Part shown: in pieces, positions 1 to 13,166 of the stretch | How the letters are laid out: each line of letters begins with the position of its first letter | Numbering within the stretch: the stretch's first letter is position 1 | DNA from: Azolla caroliniana | Lineage: Eukaryota > Plantae > Polypodiophyta | DNA: 64,000 nucleotides | Assembly (NCBI GenBank): GCA_043228905.1 | Contig: JBHGNT010000016.1 | Location: forward strand, 7,688,001-7,752,000 | Reading direction: 5' to 3' | Notes under the pieces: model-generated | Databases searched by the model: none | What the model saw: the letters and a program-made list of their open reading frames with translations, nothing else | What the model was told of the DNA's origin: nothing | Made by a program: the position numbers and the translations under genes

Positions 1-1368
1 GAGGTGTGCAGGCTAAGCTATCAAGATTTGATGGCACTGTGGGAGCACCTCCAATACAATCTGGTGAGTGTTCTGCTGTGCTCCACAGTGCTGGTCTTTG
101 TGGTGACCATGTATGTCATGTCGCGGCCGAGGAGCGTGTACCTCATCGACTACGCGTGCTACCGCCCCCCCACCAACGAATTCACAGTCCCCTTCTCGCT
201 CTTCATGCGCCAGTCGGAGCGGTCCGCCTCCTTCGACCCCAAGAGCCTCGAGTTCCAGAAGAAGATCCTCGAGAGGTCGGGCTTAGGCCAAGAGACCTAC
301 CTCCCGCCCGGCATGCACGAGCACCCTCCCAAGCTCACCATGGCGGCCGCACGCGCCGAGGCCGAGGAGGTCATGTTCGGCGCGCTCGACACTCTGATGG
401 CCAAGACGAAGCTCAATCCCAAGGACATCGGCGTGCTCGTCGTCAATTGTAGCCTCTTCAACCCGACCCCTTCGCTGTCCGCGATGATTGTGAACAAGTA
501 CAAGCTACGGGGCAATGTCCGGAGCTACAACCTCGGGGGCATGGGGTGCTCCGCTGGGGTCATCGCCATCGACTTGGCCCGGGACCTCCTCCAAGTCCAC
601 GGCGGGAGCTACGCGGTGGTGGTCAGCACCGAGAACATCACCCAGAACTGGTACTTCGGCAATGACAGGTCCATGCTCATCCCCAATTGCTTGTTCCGCG
701 TGGGCGGGGCGGCCGTGCTCCTGTCCAACAAGCGGGCGGAGCGTGCACGCTCCAAGTATGAACTCATCCACACGGTCCGCACCCACAAAGGCGCGGACGA
801 CAAGGCCTTCCGCTGCGTTTACCAGCAGCAGGACGAGGCGGGCGAGGTCGGCGTCTCGCTCTCGAAAGAGCTCATGGCCATCGCGGGCAACGCGCTCAAG
901 ACCAACATCACCACGCTCGGCCCCCTCGTGCTCCCCGTGTCCGAGCAGCTCCTCTTCTTCGCCAACCTCGTGGCCCGTAAAGTCTTGAGCATGAAGACCA
1001 AGCCCTACATCCCCGATTTCAACCTCGCGTTTGAGCACTTCTGTGTCCATGCCGGTGGCCGGGCGGTCATCGATGAGCTCGAGAAGAACTTGAACCTCTC
1101 GGGCCGCCACGTGGAGGCCTCCAGGATGACCCTCCATCGCTTTGGGAATACCTCATCCTCCTCGATATGGTATGAGCTGGCCTATACCGAAGCCAAAGGA
1201 CGGATGCGTCGGGGAGATCGGATCTGGCAAATCGCGTTCGGTAGCGGATTCAAGTGTAATAGTGCCGTGTGGCGCGCCCTTCGTAATGTGAAACCGCAAC
1301 CGGACAACCCGTGGGCCGATTGCATTGACTCATACCCCGTCATTATTCCCGATGTGGTCAAGGTTTGA
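1..1368 (+). CDS. KCS: 3-ketoacyl-CoA synthase (FAE1/CUT1-type very-long-chain fatty acid condensing enzyme), 5'-partial, no intron within the window
   Basis: Frame is open from base 1 to TGA at 1366-1368. Contains GMGCSAG (catalytic Cys), [13 protein letters not shown] (His), [12 protein letters not shown] (Asn), [16 protein letters not shown] and an N-terminal TM helix followed by [12 protein letters not shown]. The subfamily number cannot be assigned. Confidence 0.97.
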   Translation, partial: EVCRLSYQDLMALWEHLQYNLVSVLLCSTVLVFVVTMYVMSRPRSVYLIDYACYRPPTNEFTVPFSLFMRQSERSASFDPKSLEFQKKILERSGLGQETYLPPGMHEHPPKLTMAAARAEAEEVMFGALDTLMAKTKLNPKDIGVLVVNCSLFNPTPSLSAMIVNKYKLRGNVRSYNLGGMGCSAGVIAIDLARDLLQVHGGSYAVVVSTENITQNWYFGNDRSMLIPNCLFRVGGAAVLLSNKRAERARSKYELIHTVRTHKGADDKAFRCVYQQQDEAGEVGVSLSKELMAIAGNALKTNITTLGPLVLPVSEQLLFFANLVARKVLSMKTKPYIPDFNLAFEHFCVHAGGRAVIDELEKNLNLSGRHVEASRMTLHRFGNTSSSSIWYELAYTEAKGRMRRGDRIWQIAFGSGFKCNSAVWRALRNVKPQPDNPWADCIDSYPVIIPDVVKV

Positions 1369-2418
1369 TCGGTCCAATTCGTTAACTTCAACGTGAAGTT
1401 CCCCTTGCGAATTTCCCCTTTCTTTTCCACCTATTTGGTTCTATTTTTTTTTTTTTAACCTTTCTACCATCAATAACCATTGTAAGCTCCCAAACCTTTT
1501 GCATCTTTTAACTTCATTCATGTTATGACAATATTCATTTCACATGCTTAATTCATTTTTTTGTTGCATGTTATGACCATATATTCATGGCCTTGGAAAG
1601 GAACATTCTTTGGATTTAGCACATTAAGAATAATACCATCAAAGATCTATATAAGCTTATGTACATATAGTGTTCGATTCCCATTCTTATCACCTTATCC
1701 CTTGTTTCAATTGTTGATCCATGTGCTTACAAATATAATAAAACATCATAGGTTATTCCTAGCCAATTGGGATGCATTAAACGTGTGTTGATGATTGATA
1801 TATAGCCACAGATTGCAATAGTCTTTAGCTAGATATTGTCTTAGTGCTCACTTAATAGGTTCTATATTGATTCATGGACATTCAAAATATATAGCTTCCT
1901 TACTAACATATCATGTATAGATGTGCATGTGTTTGAATGCAATTGTAACAATGTGAATCCTGACTTAGTTGCGATTATCCTTTAAAATGGAAATTTAAAC
2001 ATTATTAGTGATTTGTTATCGGTAGTGGACGATATATAAAATACGATATTTGATCAAAGAACATCTTGAATTATGAACTCGGCTCCGGTCAGACTACAAT
2101 AAAGTGAATAACTCCATGTCAAATTCTAAATAAACAAAATCTAGCAACTTGATGCTCTTGAGAATGATAGGACACATCCAAATGTCGTGGGTCTCACTAT
2201 TCTAAATAGTTATACATTTATTTGTTGCCATTCGTAAGTCATGGATCCACGATGTTTTTATGATATGATATGGGATGTGTAGACAAAGTGAACCCCAGTA
2301 CATTTTTCACCTTTCGGGAACTTTAATATTCTACATTTCTCCTATTAAAAATAGCTATTAGTTTAATGAGACAATGTGATAATTGTAGTGTTTATTTGAA
2401 TGGTTCCCAACTTCCCTC

Positions 2419-2606
2419 CTATTAATGAATTTATATTAGCTTTGTCAAGGGGTGTGCATGTATGAAGTGGTTGATGTGTTGTGTTATGCATTGTATCTCT
2501 AAATGTTTCTTCCATGCTATTAATGAATTTATATTAGCTTCGTCAAGGTGTGTGTGTGCATGTCTGAAGTGGTTGATGTGTTTGTGTTATGCATTGTATC
2601 TCTAAA
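2419..2606. repeat. Tandem duplication of an ~85-90 bp unit
   Basis: CTATTAATGAATTTATATTAGCTT...GCATTGTATCTCTAAA occurs at 2419-2503 and again at 2517-2606. Confidence 0.9.
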
Positions 2607-2710
2607 CAAATTGGTCAAGCTTATTCGAAAGAAACTCAACTTTCATTGACATGTTTCTTGCTTATAAAATATAAATGGATCCATTGATGTGAGTTCATTA
2701 TTAGCTTCTT

Positions 2711-3470
2711 CTTCTTCTTTTTTTCCAAAAAAACACTACTACGCATTAGTTAGCAAACAAAATTACATCATAAACACCCAAAGTTCCTCTCACCAGCCCT
2801 CACTCTGGCCTTCCCACCAAAGTGGACATAGTCCCCACCTCATTTTCAACAAACGTATCCAAACAACTCCAATAACCTAATCATTTGTACCATATCTATA
2901 CAGATTTACAGCACCTAGACGCTGTTGGAAACTGGAAACATCCATCGGGGTGCTTGGTAGTTCCATTGAGGCCCTGATGATGATCTGCCCACCATAGGAG
3001 AATTACCCCATTTCAGCAAGAACTTTGATCGAGATCTTTCAGCTACATCAGATTCCCCCTTAATTGAGTCGTATCGTCCCCGCAGCCAAGGTACCAACTC
3101 AAACCAGATATTTAATAATACCTCACCGCTAGGGATCTTTTGTTGTTGAAAAACAAATTTACAATGGTTGGTCCAAATGTGCCAGACCGATAAACAAGAC
3201 ACCATCATCCATATCTCTTCAAAAAATTCTGAGTTAGTGCCATGTCGAACTCTAGCCCGTTGAAACACCTTGCCATCCTGCACTATAAAACCATGTCCGT
3301 GGGGGTTTAACTGTTCAGCCCAGCCTTCCCCTGTTAACTTCAGCCCTTGTACGGACCCCCATACAACTCTCCCATTCACTCCGCATGCTGCCACTATCCT
3401 GAGACTTCTACCCCAAATGTTAATAGCCTCGCTGCAATTCCAAAAACAATGAGGAATTGATTCCAAAGGG
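2711..3470 (-). mobile_element. 5'-truncated L1-clade LINE (C-terminus of ORF2 plus 3' UTR)
   Basis: ORF 2915-3466 has the zf-RVT-type end ESIPHCFWNC...IW and the CLSVWHIWTNHCKFVF motif. It ends in an A-rich tail on the minus strand. Candidate TSD AGCTTCTT at 2703-2710 and 3471-3478. Confidence 0.85.
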
Positions 3471-4893
3471 AGCTTCTTTTATGTTAAATCATTTGCAAAT
3501 AGAATTTCGTGAAGAGGTAGTCGTGCATCACATTGAGTTATGAACCTAATGTCTTTCGATAATGTCTTCTAGTTATGTTGACTTCAATGTTCTTATTTGA
3601 TGTCCAATTCATATCATGTTAGGAAGGGAGCAATCCCCCCCCCCTTTCTTTTGTCTACATTTCACTTTTTCTTGTGCCTAGGTAGGGAAAATGCATACAT
3701 TTTGTTTTGATTTTGCTTTTCTTTTCTCTAACTAGAGAAAGTTTATGAAGACAAAGAGAAGTGGGGCATGGTATGTTGGTAAAATGTATCTTCTTTCAAG
3801 GAAAAAGGTAAAAAGCAAAGAAGTTTTGGATGGTGTGAGTGGATCCATACTGTCATGAAATTACCGACACATGGCTACAGTTATATTTTGAATAATTATA
3901 TATCTTCATCGTGGTAATATAGGAATATATTCTAAGAATACAATTCACAACTAGATGTTACGTGAGGAGCTAAGTCATTCTCTCATATATTAAGTAGGTC
4001 ATGGAGTACACTAAGATAGAATTCTTGTTTTATGTTGATAGTTAAATTCACCTGTCACAAAGTAAAATAAAATAAAATAAACATTGTCATATGATTCTCA
4101 TTATGGTTAGTGACAAATGTCAACATGTCATTAACTAAGGAAATTAACATGTCAAATTACTTCCTAGTACATGGTACCTAGGAGATAAATTTTGAGGTAA
4201 AGTAAGTGGGTATGTAACAGAATTCAAGTGTTCTAAGAGTGTCAATCATCAACTAACCCTAGAGCGAAGCATACTAGTATTCCAAAAGACAACATCAAGC
4301 AAAATATAGGGATATGTGGATGCTCATGAAAACTTTCATCACAATCCTACCTCGAACGTATACAAAAAAGAGGCAAATGAAAAATTGCACAGAGTTTTGA
4401 AAAACAACATTTTTTGGCTCAATTTTTTGGTTTTAAGTGAGGAAGGAAAAAACAAAAAGAAATCCAGAAAGCATGTAAAGGCGCATGCAAGTGTATCCCT
4501 AAAGAGACTCTTAAATTAATTCAATATCCAATAGAAGGGGAAACACTCTATTGTTGAAGACATGCATACAATATTATCCATATCTTGTGTCAATATGCTT
4601 GTGTAGGCCTTATACGTTCATCGCAAATGATAGAAATGGTGCAATTCCTTAACATGTCAATGGATCTATCATCATCCAAATAATCGAGGTAGGTGCAACT
4701 AGTGCAATTGTCTAGTGCCAATAATATGGGTTTGAAACATCAATATTGTATCAATTATCATATATGGCTTAACAAAACTTATTGAGGTATTTGTATAAGA
4801 ACGTTTTAGTCATCATGATCAAGAAACAAACTTTTGCCAAAGTCTAGATAATAAAGAATATATATGTATACATACATACATAATTGTGTGTAT

Positions 4894-4895
<2 letters not shown>

Positions 4896-4943
<48 letters not shown>
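4896..4943. repeat. (GA)n microsatellite
   Basis: Seen directly. Other (GA)n tracts lie at ~6100-6131, 7249-7270, 7547-7563, 7864-7893 and 8446-8495 (the last preceded by (GC)n). Confidence 0.95.
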
Positions 4944-4946
<3 letters not shown>

Positions 4947-6098
4947 TGTGCAATTATTTGATCACCTATGCCAACTCAATCCCAGTAAGTGGTAGATGAT
5001 AAAAGTTTAGAGGCTACACACTTCTTGACTATTAAAATGAGTTATACTTATTGTGCTATTTTATTACTAAGTCATGTCGATGTGCTTTGTAAACAAGAAG
5101 TTTCTGTAAGAGGTGGCCATTCTACAATGAGATGTGGAGAAGGTTTATATTAAAACATAGATCCTTTTTCGGTGTTCTCAACAACTCACATGGTTTTAAA
5201 AATATAGGAAAGGATACTCTATGAGAACTCTTATTAATCATTAGTAAAGTGAAACAAAGAAAGAGGTCCTTTGCACTATTTAATGGAAGGTCCATCTTTT
5301 GATCACATGCGTTTTGCACTTTCATTAGATTAAGGAAGACTTGAAAGGTGTGAAACCATAACATCTTCATGATGGAGGATTTTCTTTCGACATATTTCCT
5401 TCACATTAGGTTGTGTAAGAGTTTAAGAAGTAAAATATTGAGCACCTCTATTAGTGGCATACCCGTGGGCCATTATCAATGCATCAAAACATGACAAGTG
5501 CACTGACATCAAAACCTCCGAAGGGCAATATATTAATACTCAAAACTTAGTTTAAAGATATCATTGGCTAGTACTATACATCATTGGCAACTAGAACATA
5601 GAGACCATTTTGACATATAAAGACTTGTTGAACACTTCATTGGATTAGAAAAACCAAAAACATAACTTGAACACTAGTTTCAACTTGGAACACCAAATCT
5701 TCATCATCAATGCCTATACATTTAACCGTTAGTTAAACAAATTGATGAATAGAACATGCATTATTTTCATGCTTCTATGGATGACTTCCAACTCCCACAA
5801 AGTTGAATTCATATAAACTTGTTGAAGTGCATAGATGTGAAACAATTGATGTGACATATTTTGTTATTTGTCATTTAGTTGCATGCAACAATCCCAAAAA
5901 ATACATCCTATACATGTGAGTTGTGACCAAGCTTTGATTCACACTATATTGGCAAAATATCATAAAACTTCTATGTAGTCTGACATCCCATATTCCAAAA
6001 TACTTCATATGGGTACATAAAAGAGCATATTTTCTTGTTCTCTTTCTATTCAATGCACCCTTTTGTGTACCATTTGTAAAGGAAAAGAAAAGTCATTT

Positions 6099-6131
<33 letters not shown>

Positions 6132-6135
<4 letters not shown>

Positions 6136-7248
6136 TTATATTATCGTCTTCGGAGGTCAAATATGACCTATGAGACAAAAAATATTACATTTCACGTGAT
6201 ACGTGTGAAGGGGAGTAGTGACTCTCGATGTTCAAGTACTTTACCAATGAATGTTGCAATTGAGAGTGCACATCGTGGTTGTGAGAGAAATTCGTGCAAG
6301 GATTGGGCTTGATCGAAGAGATGTGGAAAGCACGGTTGAATATGATCAAAGGCAGAGCATTGTATCAAAGTGTGATACTCAGACTCTCGAACTTGTTTAG
6401 GGCAAAGTGTGCATAGTCGGCCACTCTCATCACTTGTGCCCCAACGCCCCGTCTCACATCTCAATGCATGCGAGCTAAGTCGCATGGAAGCAATGGTTCG
6501 AATGGCAAATAACGGGATGGGCTCTAACATGTATCAATGTGTACGACTTCCCCGTGCTTCGAAGAATATGGTTTTGTAGTTAGGTGCAACATTGGTAGTA
6601 TAATGTGTGAAGTGTGAGCCACCACATTTTTCCCATGTCATGATACATTGGCGTTGCAAAAGGGGCTCCTTTACAGAGGAATCCAGTGTCACATCATGAA
6701 GCAAGTGTCTTGCATCCCATCTACCAAACCATTTTTCTAAATCTCATAGTTGTTAAAAAACGTGTATTCTACGTTTAGAGTATGTTTTAGAATACTCTGA
6801 AGTATTCTACATGTATTCTACATTTTAGAATTGCCGTTTTTTAAATTTTGACGTATTCTAAAAATTTGACATATTCTACGTATTTAACAAGTATTTATCA
6901 TTTCAGAACATATTTTCTTTTTTTTGAAAAAAAAACTTTAAATTTTAAGAAGTATTTAACGTATTTTACAAGTATTCTAAACGTATGCTAAGTATTTAAC
7001 GTACTTTATCTATAAAATACGTATTCTAAGTATTTAAAAAGAAGAAGTTAGAATACTTAGAATACGTATTATACGCGTATTTTATGCTAAGTATTTTACA
7101 ACAATGTTAAATCTTGCATCCAACCGAAACACAACATTTTGCTTTATATGCGTCTTTTGGATCTTTTTGCTTGCTTCCCATGCAATTCTAGGAAGTTGAT
7201 GTGAGGGGCTTTTTTGAACCTTAAGCATGTATTCAACAACCCTTTCCG
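6132..7248 (-). mobile_element. 5'-truncated RTE/RTEX-like LINE 3' portion, interrupted by a MITE and flanked on both sides by (GA)n
   Basis: ORF 6192-6530 reads RLSSHALRCETGRW...RLCTLC...ESEYHTLIQC, a C-terminal CCHC region typical of non-L1 APE LINEs. It is near-identical to 29846-30313. The frame WMQDLEKWFGRWDARH is restored when 6745-7106 and one TSD copy are removed. The clade name is an inference. Confidence 0.8.
6745..7106. mobile_element. hAT-type MITE (362 bp)
   Basis: Imperfect TIRs CATAGTTGTTAAAA and (rc) CATTGTTGTAAAA. 8-bp TSD CTAAATCT (6737-6744) / TTAAATCT (7107-7114). AT-rich interior with many GTATTCTA/GTATTT motifs. Confidence 0.85.
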
Positions 7249-7271
7249 GAGAGAGAGAGAGAGAGAGAGAT

Positions 7272-7705
7272 GCCCAGATGGATGCAACTCAATTGGTAAG
7301 GTTGCCCAATGGAGACCAGGTGGTCATGGGTTCAACCCCTACATTCCACAATGGCATCTAGTGAAATAGAGATATATATCAAGTATATAATAGAGAGGTG
7401 ACGAAATTGGGTTTCGAACCCAAGACACAATGCTTGTAGTGTTATTGACTTACCACTAGTGAATTAAGAGATATATATAATAGAGTGAACTGAGAAAATT
7501 GGGTTTCGAACTCAAGACATAATGCCTATCGTGTTACCCAATAAAAAGAGAGAGAGAGAGAGAGCCCAGATGGATGTAGCTCAATTGGTAAGGTTGCCTA
7601 ATGGAGACCAAGTGATCATGGGTTCAACCCCTACATTCCACAGTGCAATCTAATGAAATAGGAGATATCTATAGAGTAATAGAGAGGTGAGAAAATTGGG
7701 CTTCG
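7272..7705. repeat. Duplicated cluster of tRNA-derived (SINE-like) modules in both orientations
   Basis: Plus-strand units at ~7272-7350 and ~7564-7645 have A box TAGCTCAATTGG (CAACTCAATTGG in copy 1) and B box GGTTCAACCC. Minus-strand units at ~7393-7470, ~7483-7545 and a partial one at ~7682-7705 have B box GGTTCGAAACCC or a variant. Cloverleafs are degenerate. Confidence 0.65.
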
Positions 7706-7858
7706 TATGACAATTTTTGCAACTATGTTTTAAGGGGATATTGTCCCACAAGAGTTAAATTTATGCCATTTAGTATTACAACACCATATAGTTGTAACTT
7801 GTGGTAGAGATAGCAAAGGCTTTGTATTGTCATCTTTTTTTTTTTAGTAGAGATAGGT

Positions 7859-7897
<39 letters not shown>

Positions 7898-8431
7898 AAT
7901 ATTTTTTAGTGTCAATAGAGGCTGATATTGGCTCATAGAGAGAGAGTATATATTTTTTAGTGCCCATAGAGAAGCCAATATTGATACATATCTATATATA
8001 TAAAGAGAGAGAGGGTTATAGGTTCAAGTCTTTTGCACCATTCCGTTGGAGGACAATACATATAGGTTCATTAACTACTCTATAACGTGTACCATTTGGA
8101 AGTACTTATCAAACGTTTGTTATTTGAGGCCTCAACAATGAGTTTTTCTTAGCATGTTCAAAATGGTCCAAATGACAAGATTGAGATAATATTCCAATTT
8201 TTACGAAAATGGGGACTGCAACACAATTGGAATATGTGTAATGCTTTCATGTTTTATAGCAGACATGGGGTGAAAGCCGAAAGCCTATATGAAGAAGTTG
8301 AAAAGTATTCTTATGTGAAATTTCTGGATGTTAGAGCATGTGGGGATCATTTCCTCAAATGCTTATTCAGGTTTCCTTGAGCATTACAACACTAAGAAGT
8401 GGGCTTTACTTACAATTAATATAATTGTGCG

Positions 8432-8499
<68 letters not shown>

Positions 8500-11400
8500 T
8501 TACGGCTTTAAGAGTATTGAAAGAGCATGTACTTTCCCTAGGAGTGTCTCAAATGTTATTGTGATCAAACTCATCCTTTCACGTGAAAACAATGCAAAAA
8601 CTGGATTGTGAATCAAACCTATCTAATTGACTAATATGGAATAGTTATCCATACGTGCACATTATTATGTTCACACCAAAGTTTCCCATTGTACAGTAGA
8701 AAGGTCTAGCAATATGATCTAATTGCACAATGTAACTACATATTCGAAAACTAGGAACATGCCATATAACATCATTGGAACTTTACTAATAGTCACGCAT
8801 GTAAACTGTACCACATGTAACGTGATGCAATTGATATTAAAGTATATACAATCAATCGCACATAGTATCACGACTCAACAATATAACATTGTTTCTTTTT
8901 GGCAAATAGTTACGGTTATTGTGTCTCAAATTTATTATTTTACATTTCTTGTGAGCTAATTGTGAAAATAAAACATGAATCGTTATTACAGAAATGTGCG
9001 GCTGAGATTTTCGTATTGAGATATTTCTATATAATTAAATTATTGCCTATGACATAATTGCAACAAAATCAATGCATTCACGAAGTGGCAATCATGTAAT
9101 GACATCATATGTAATTGGACACCACATAAGTTTTTGGATATTATAGAAAATATATGAAATATGGATTTCCATGGAGTTTTCCATCTCGAACCTACCGGAA
9201 GCACATACCATGGGATAAGTGTTGAATCACACTTAACCACAATGTACCTTGATTGTTGCAACTCTAAAGGTGGATGTTTCAATATATTTTACATATACTT
9301 TATGCTTGATTGTTGATCAATCGAAATACCTAAAAAATGGGCCATCCTTTGGAATAGAAAAGCCACTAATGAAATGCAAATGTCGTACAAAAGAATGACA
9401 CCAATGATTTTTTAAAAAAAGAAGTATGTGTCCCCATTTTGTCCTTTTTCTCAAGCCGGGTAAGCGAGAAAATTTGAGCAATTAGTTGCAACAATGATTT
9501 GCAATATGTTAGATACAAGATGAAAGTTTAATGAATTCATCCATAACATAACATTGTCTGATAAGTGTCAACTTCCAATATTGGACCCATGGTCGCATGG
9601 ACAAGGAGATAACAAGAATTTGAGAATCACAATGAATGTAGTAATGCTAGGAAAATGGTGGGAGGATAATATCAAGAACCATGAGGAATCGTTGTCAAGT
9701 TACAACAATGCAATCAAGTGGTCTTGCTTCTCATGGCAGTTCCTCATTCAAGAAGGTTGGTAATGAATCTACCTAACTACAACAAACTGTTCGTCCATTT
9801 ACTATGATGACAATTCACATGCAATTATTTTCCCACCATACTCAATTTATCAAGTTTCTCCATTGACTTTTATCGATCCCATTAACAGGATGGATGGGTG
9901 CTTTCCTTCTATAGATTCTTCCTCTATGCACATGGCCAAACATCGCTATTTGATACTATCTTCTCATTGTCAATAGAAAAAAAATCTTACGTTACAAAAA
10001 GTGTGAACTCAAAAAGTCTTTGACAATGATCTCCTATTTAATATGCCCAAATTCCTTTGTTGGCATTGCTATCCGTGGGTTTTGAGCAAACAATCAATAG
10101 ACCCACATTTTCAAGCAAAAATATTGAATACTAAAACCAATATGTTTTCTAACAGAAAACCATCAATTTAGGTTGATCCCACAACCTTAAGGTTACAAAG
10201 TATTGATAGAACAAGTGAAGTGCATAGATAGATATGTTGTTTTCTTATATCAAATGTTACAAGGATCATCCATCGATAGTTTTACATAGAGATTCTATCT
10301 AGTTTTTGCAAACTTAGTATTTACATATATGTTTAGCTTTTTCTATCCCAATAACATCATATGGTTTATTTTATTATTTAATACCTCATGATACATTTAT
10401 GTCTAGTTATCTACTTCAGATTATTGTATATCTTGATTTAGTCGGTTAATTCTATATGACTTTGTTTAGCCTTGTATTTGATAGGACAATACTACGAGCT
10501 CTAACCCTTGGGTTGTGGAATATGAGTTTGAACAAGCATAAGTGCACATGATCTCAAATAAAAAAATATGAAACATCGTACTTCTTTGTTGTATTACTAC
10601 ATATAAAGTGCAATGCTTTCACATTGATTGTGCTTGTCTTTTTCGAAATGCCAGATCAAATTCAACGCTAGTACATTTCAACCTTCATGGCCCCAAATTT
10701 TTACAATGGGGCCAAACCATCTTCTTTGCAATCTATCCTCGAAATACATTGTGTGATAACCAATACATCCTATGCTTTAATCATAACATACATGCTGAAT
10801 GATATCTGAACTTTGTTTTCTTTTGATGCCATAAATAACAGACATTCATCTCTTCGATAGGCATCACCCTTTAATAATCAATCATAACAAATGCATATAG
10901 TTGGATGCTTAGATGGCTTTATAAATAATTGAGGCATGCAATGTTCTTTTTTCCAAAAAAGAAGCTACTTTCCCATTAATTAGGAGAGATTTTTACAAAA
11001 AGACTATACAAGTATATAAGTTGGGGAATCACCCCTTGGCCGAGTTCACGAATATGAGACTACGTAGATAGCCTCTTTAACTGTTTACTTAATTTAAGTA
11101 GGTATCTAGAACTATAAACTAGTGGCAATCATCACCGGCCAGCACAAGCCCGAACCTCTGGCCTTTAATGGAGGGAGGGTGGAAGGTGAGTAGGAAACAA
11201 CCAGCATGGGGGCTGGTAGTTCCACCTCGGGCCGTTTCCTTCTTGCGTCACCATCGATGTGTTCCTCCATTTTTGCCAAAAGCGTAAACGGGCAATGTCC
11301 ACGTCATCGAAGTGGCCACAAACCTCGTCCAAATACCCTCGTAGGCAACTGATAATCGTGAACCAAATATCCATGATCGTTTCCTTCAGGAGGCGTACCA

Positions 11401-13166
11401 GATCTTGGAAGACCTTTAGTCAACGTGCTCTCCACAGATACCAAAGGGAGAAGCTTGCGATCAACATCCAAATCTCCCGGAAATGAGGGGATGTAGTCTT
11501 CAAGCCTCTTGCAAAAACGAGTCTTTACAAGTTTACCTCTTGTGCATTCATATCACCAACTACCTGCGTTGAAGGCGTTTGTCCAACTATCAACTAAGGG
11601 AATGATCCAAGCTGCTGCACTCCACAATGTTGTCCCTTACACTTCGCAGGTAGCTAGAAGGCGAGTTACCCTGTCCTAGACCATTTGAGCTCGAGGGCAA
11701 TCCCACAAACAATGTCTCAGAGTCTCGATAGGTGCAAAATAGAGTGGGTAGGCTAGTGGGCCTCCTCGTTTACTTATCCATTCGACAATGGGGACCGCGT
11801 TATTGATGAATATGGAAGATGTTATGCAGCGGACGATGAGGACCTACAAGTTTGTGTCAAACAAAAAACAATACAGATAACTAGAAGAATGGATATGCAC
11901 TATTATCTTTCCTATTCTCTTTCGCATGTTGTAGTCCCATATGTCTCCTTAGTCTTTGAAGCGTTGATCTGGGAGCAACTTTGTCAGGCTATCAGCGATG
12001 TTCACCTCTGTATCAACCTTCCAGACTTCAAGCTTCTTCTCGATGACGAGCTCCTAGATATGCTGATACCTCACCTCTATATGTTTTGTCTTAGCGTGAT
12101 AGACATGGTTTTGTATGAGGTGTATTGTGCTTTGTGAGTCGCAATACAGAGTTGGAGCAGGATGGTCGATTCGGATCATGGCCGAAAGGTCTATTGATTG
12201 TCATTGCAAACAAATTTCTTCTTTTGCTGCCGTCGACGCGGCGATATACTCGGCCTCTGTTGTGGAGAGTGTCATACATTCTTGGAGTTTCGACTTGCAT
12301 GATATTGCTCCTCCTTCATAGGTGAAGACATAACCTGATGTTGACTTCCAATTGTTGGGGTTGTCAGCATAATCAGAGTCGGTAAAGCCTTCGACTTCGG
12401 TCAGATGATCTGAGCTTAATGTCAACTGCATATTTTCGGTTCCCTGAAGGTAACGAAATATGTGCTTCACTGCTTGCCAATGCTTCTTTCCGAGATTAGA
12501 CATGTAGCGGCTATTGACACCTACAACATATGCAAGGACAGGTCGGGTGGCCACGATTGCATACATGAGACTTCCTACGGCCGATGCGTAGGGTGTTTTG
12601 CTCATGAGCCCTTTCTCTTCCTTTGTGGAGGGAGAGTCCCTATTCGATAGTAACTTGAATGACGTCGGAAGTGGTGTTGGTGCCAGCTTTGCATGCTCCA
12701 TGTTGAACTGCCTTAGCTTTAACACTACCTACGATAAGCATGTCGTCGACATATAGGATCAGGTAGATCCTGGACTCGTCGGCCAGTTGCCAAATGTACA
12801 TACATGGATTGGAGTCGGTTCAATCGTATCCAAGTTGCCAGATGTAGGAGTCAAACGTTTGGTACCACATCCTCAACGGTTGCTTTAAGACATAAAGTTT
12901 TTTCTTCAATTGGCATATGAGGTGACCTTCCTCCCCCATCATCATAAAGCATGTTGGTTGGGACATGTAAATGTCCTCTTCTAGATCTCCATGGAGGAAT
13001 GTCGTCTTTACATCCAACTGCTCCAGCTCAAGGTCCTCTATCGCTACGACTCCTAATAGGAGCCGAAGGGCCATCATCTTGACTACGGGAGAGAATATCT
13101 CATCGTAGTCGACGCCATGTTCTTGTTTGAACCCCTTGGAGACAGCTAAGCTTTGTAGTTAGGCTC

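Noticed and set aside
6-1137. Alternative-frame and antisense ORFs over KCS
   Set aside because: By-products of high GC3 codon usage.
7272-7645. Functional tRNA genes (also 28470-28990)
   Set aside because: A and B boxes are present, but the acceptor, anticodon and T stems are mismatched. Reported as tRNA-derived modules instead.
11801-11880. 3' LTR of the minus-strand Copia
   Set aside because: Does not match 14763-15096 and has no TSD partner for AAGGT. Treated as a deletion junction.
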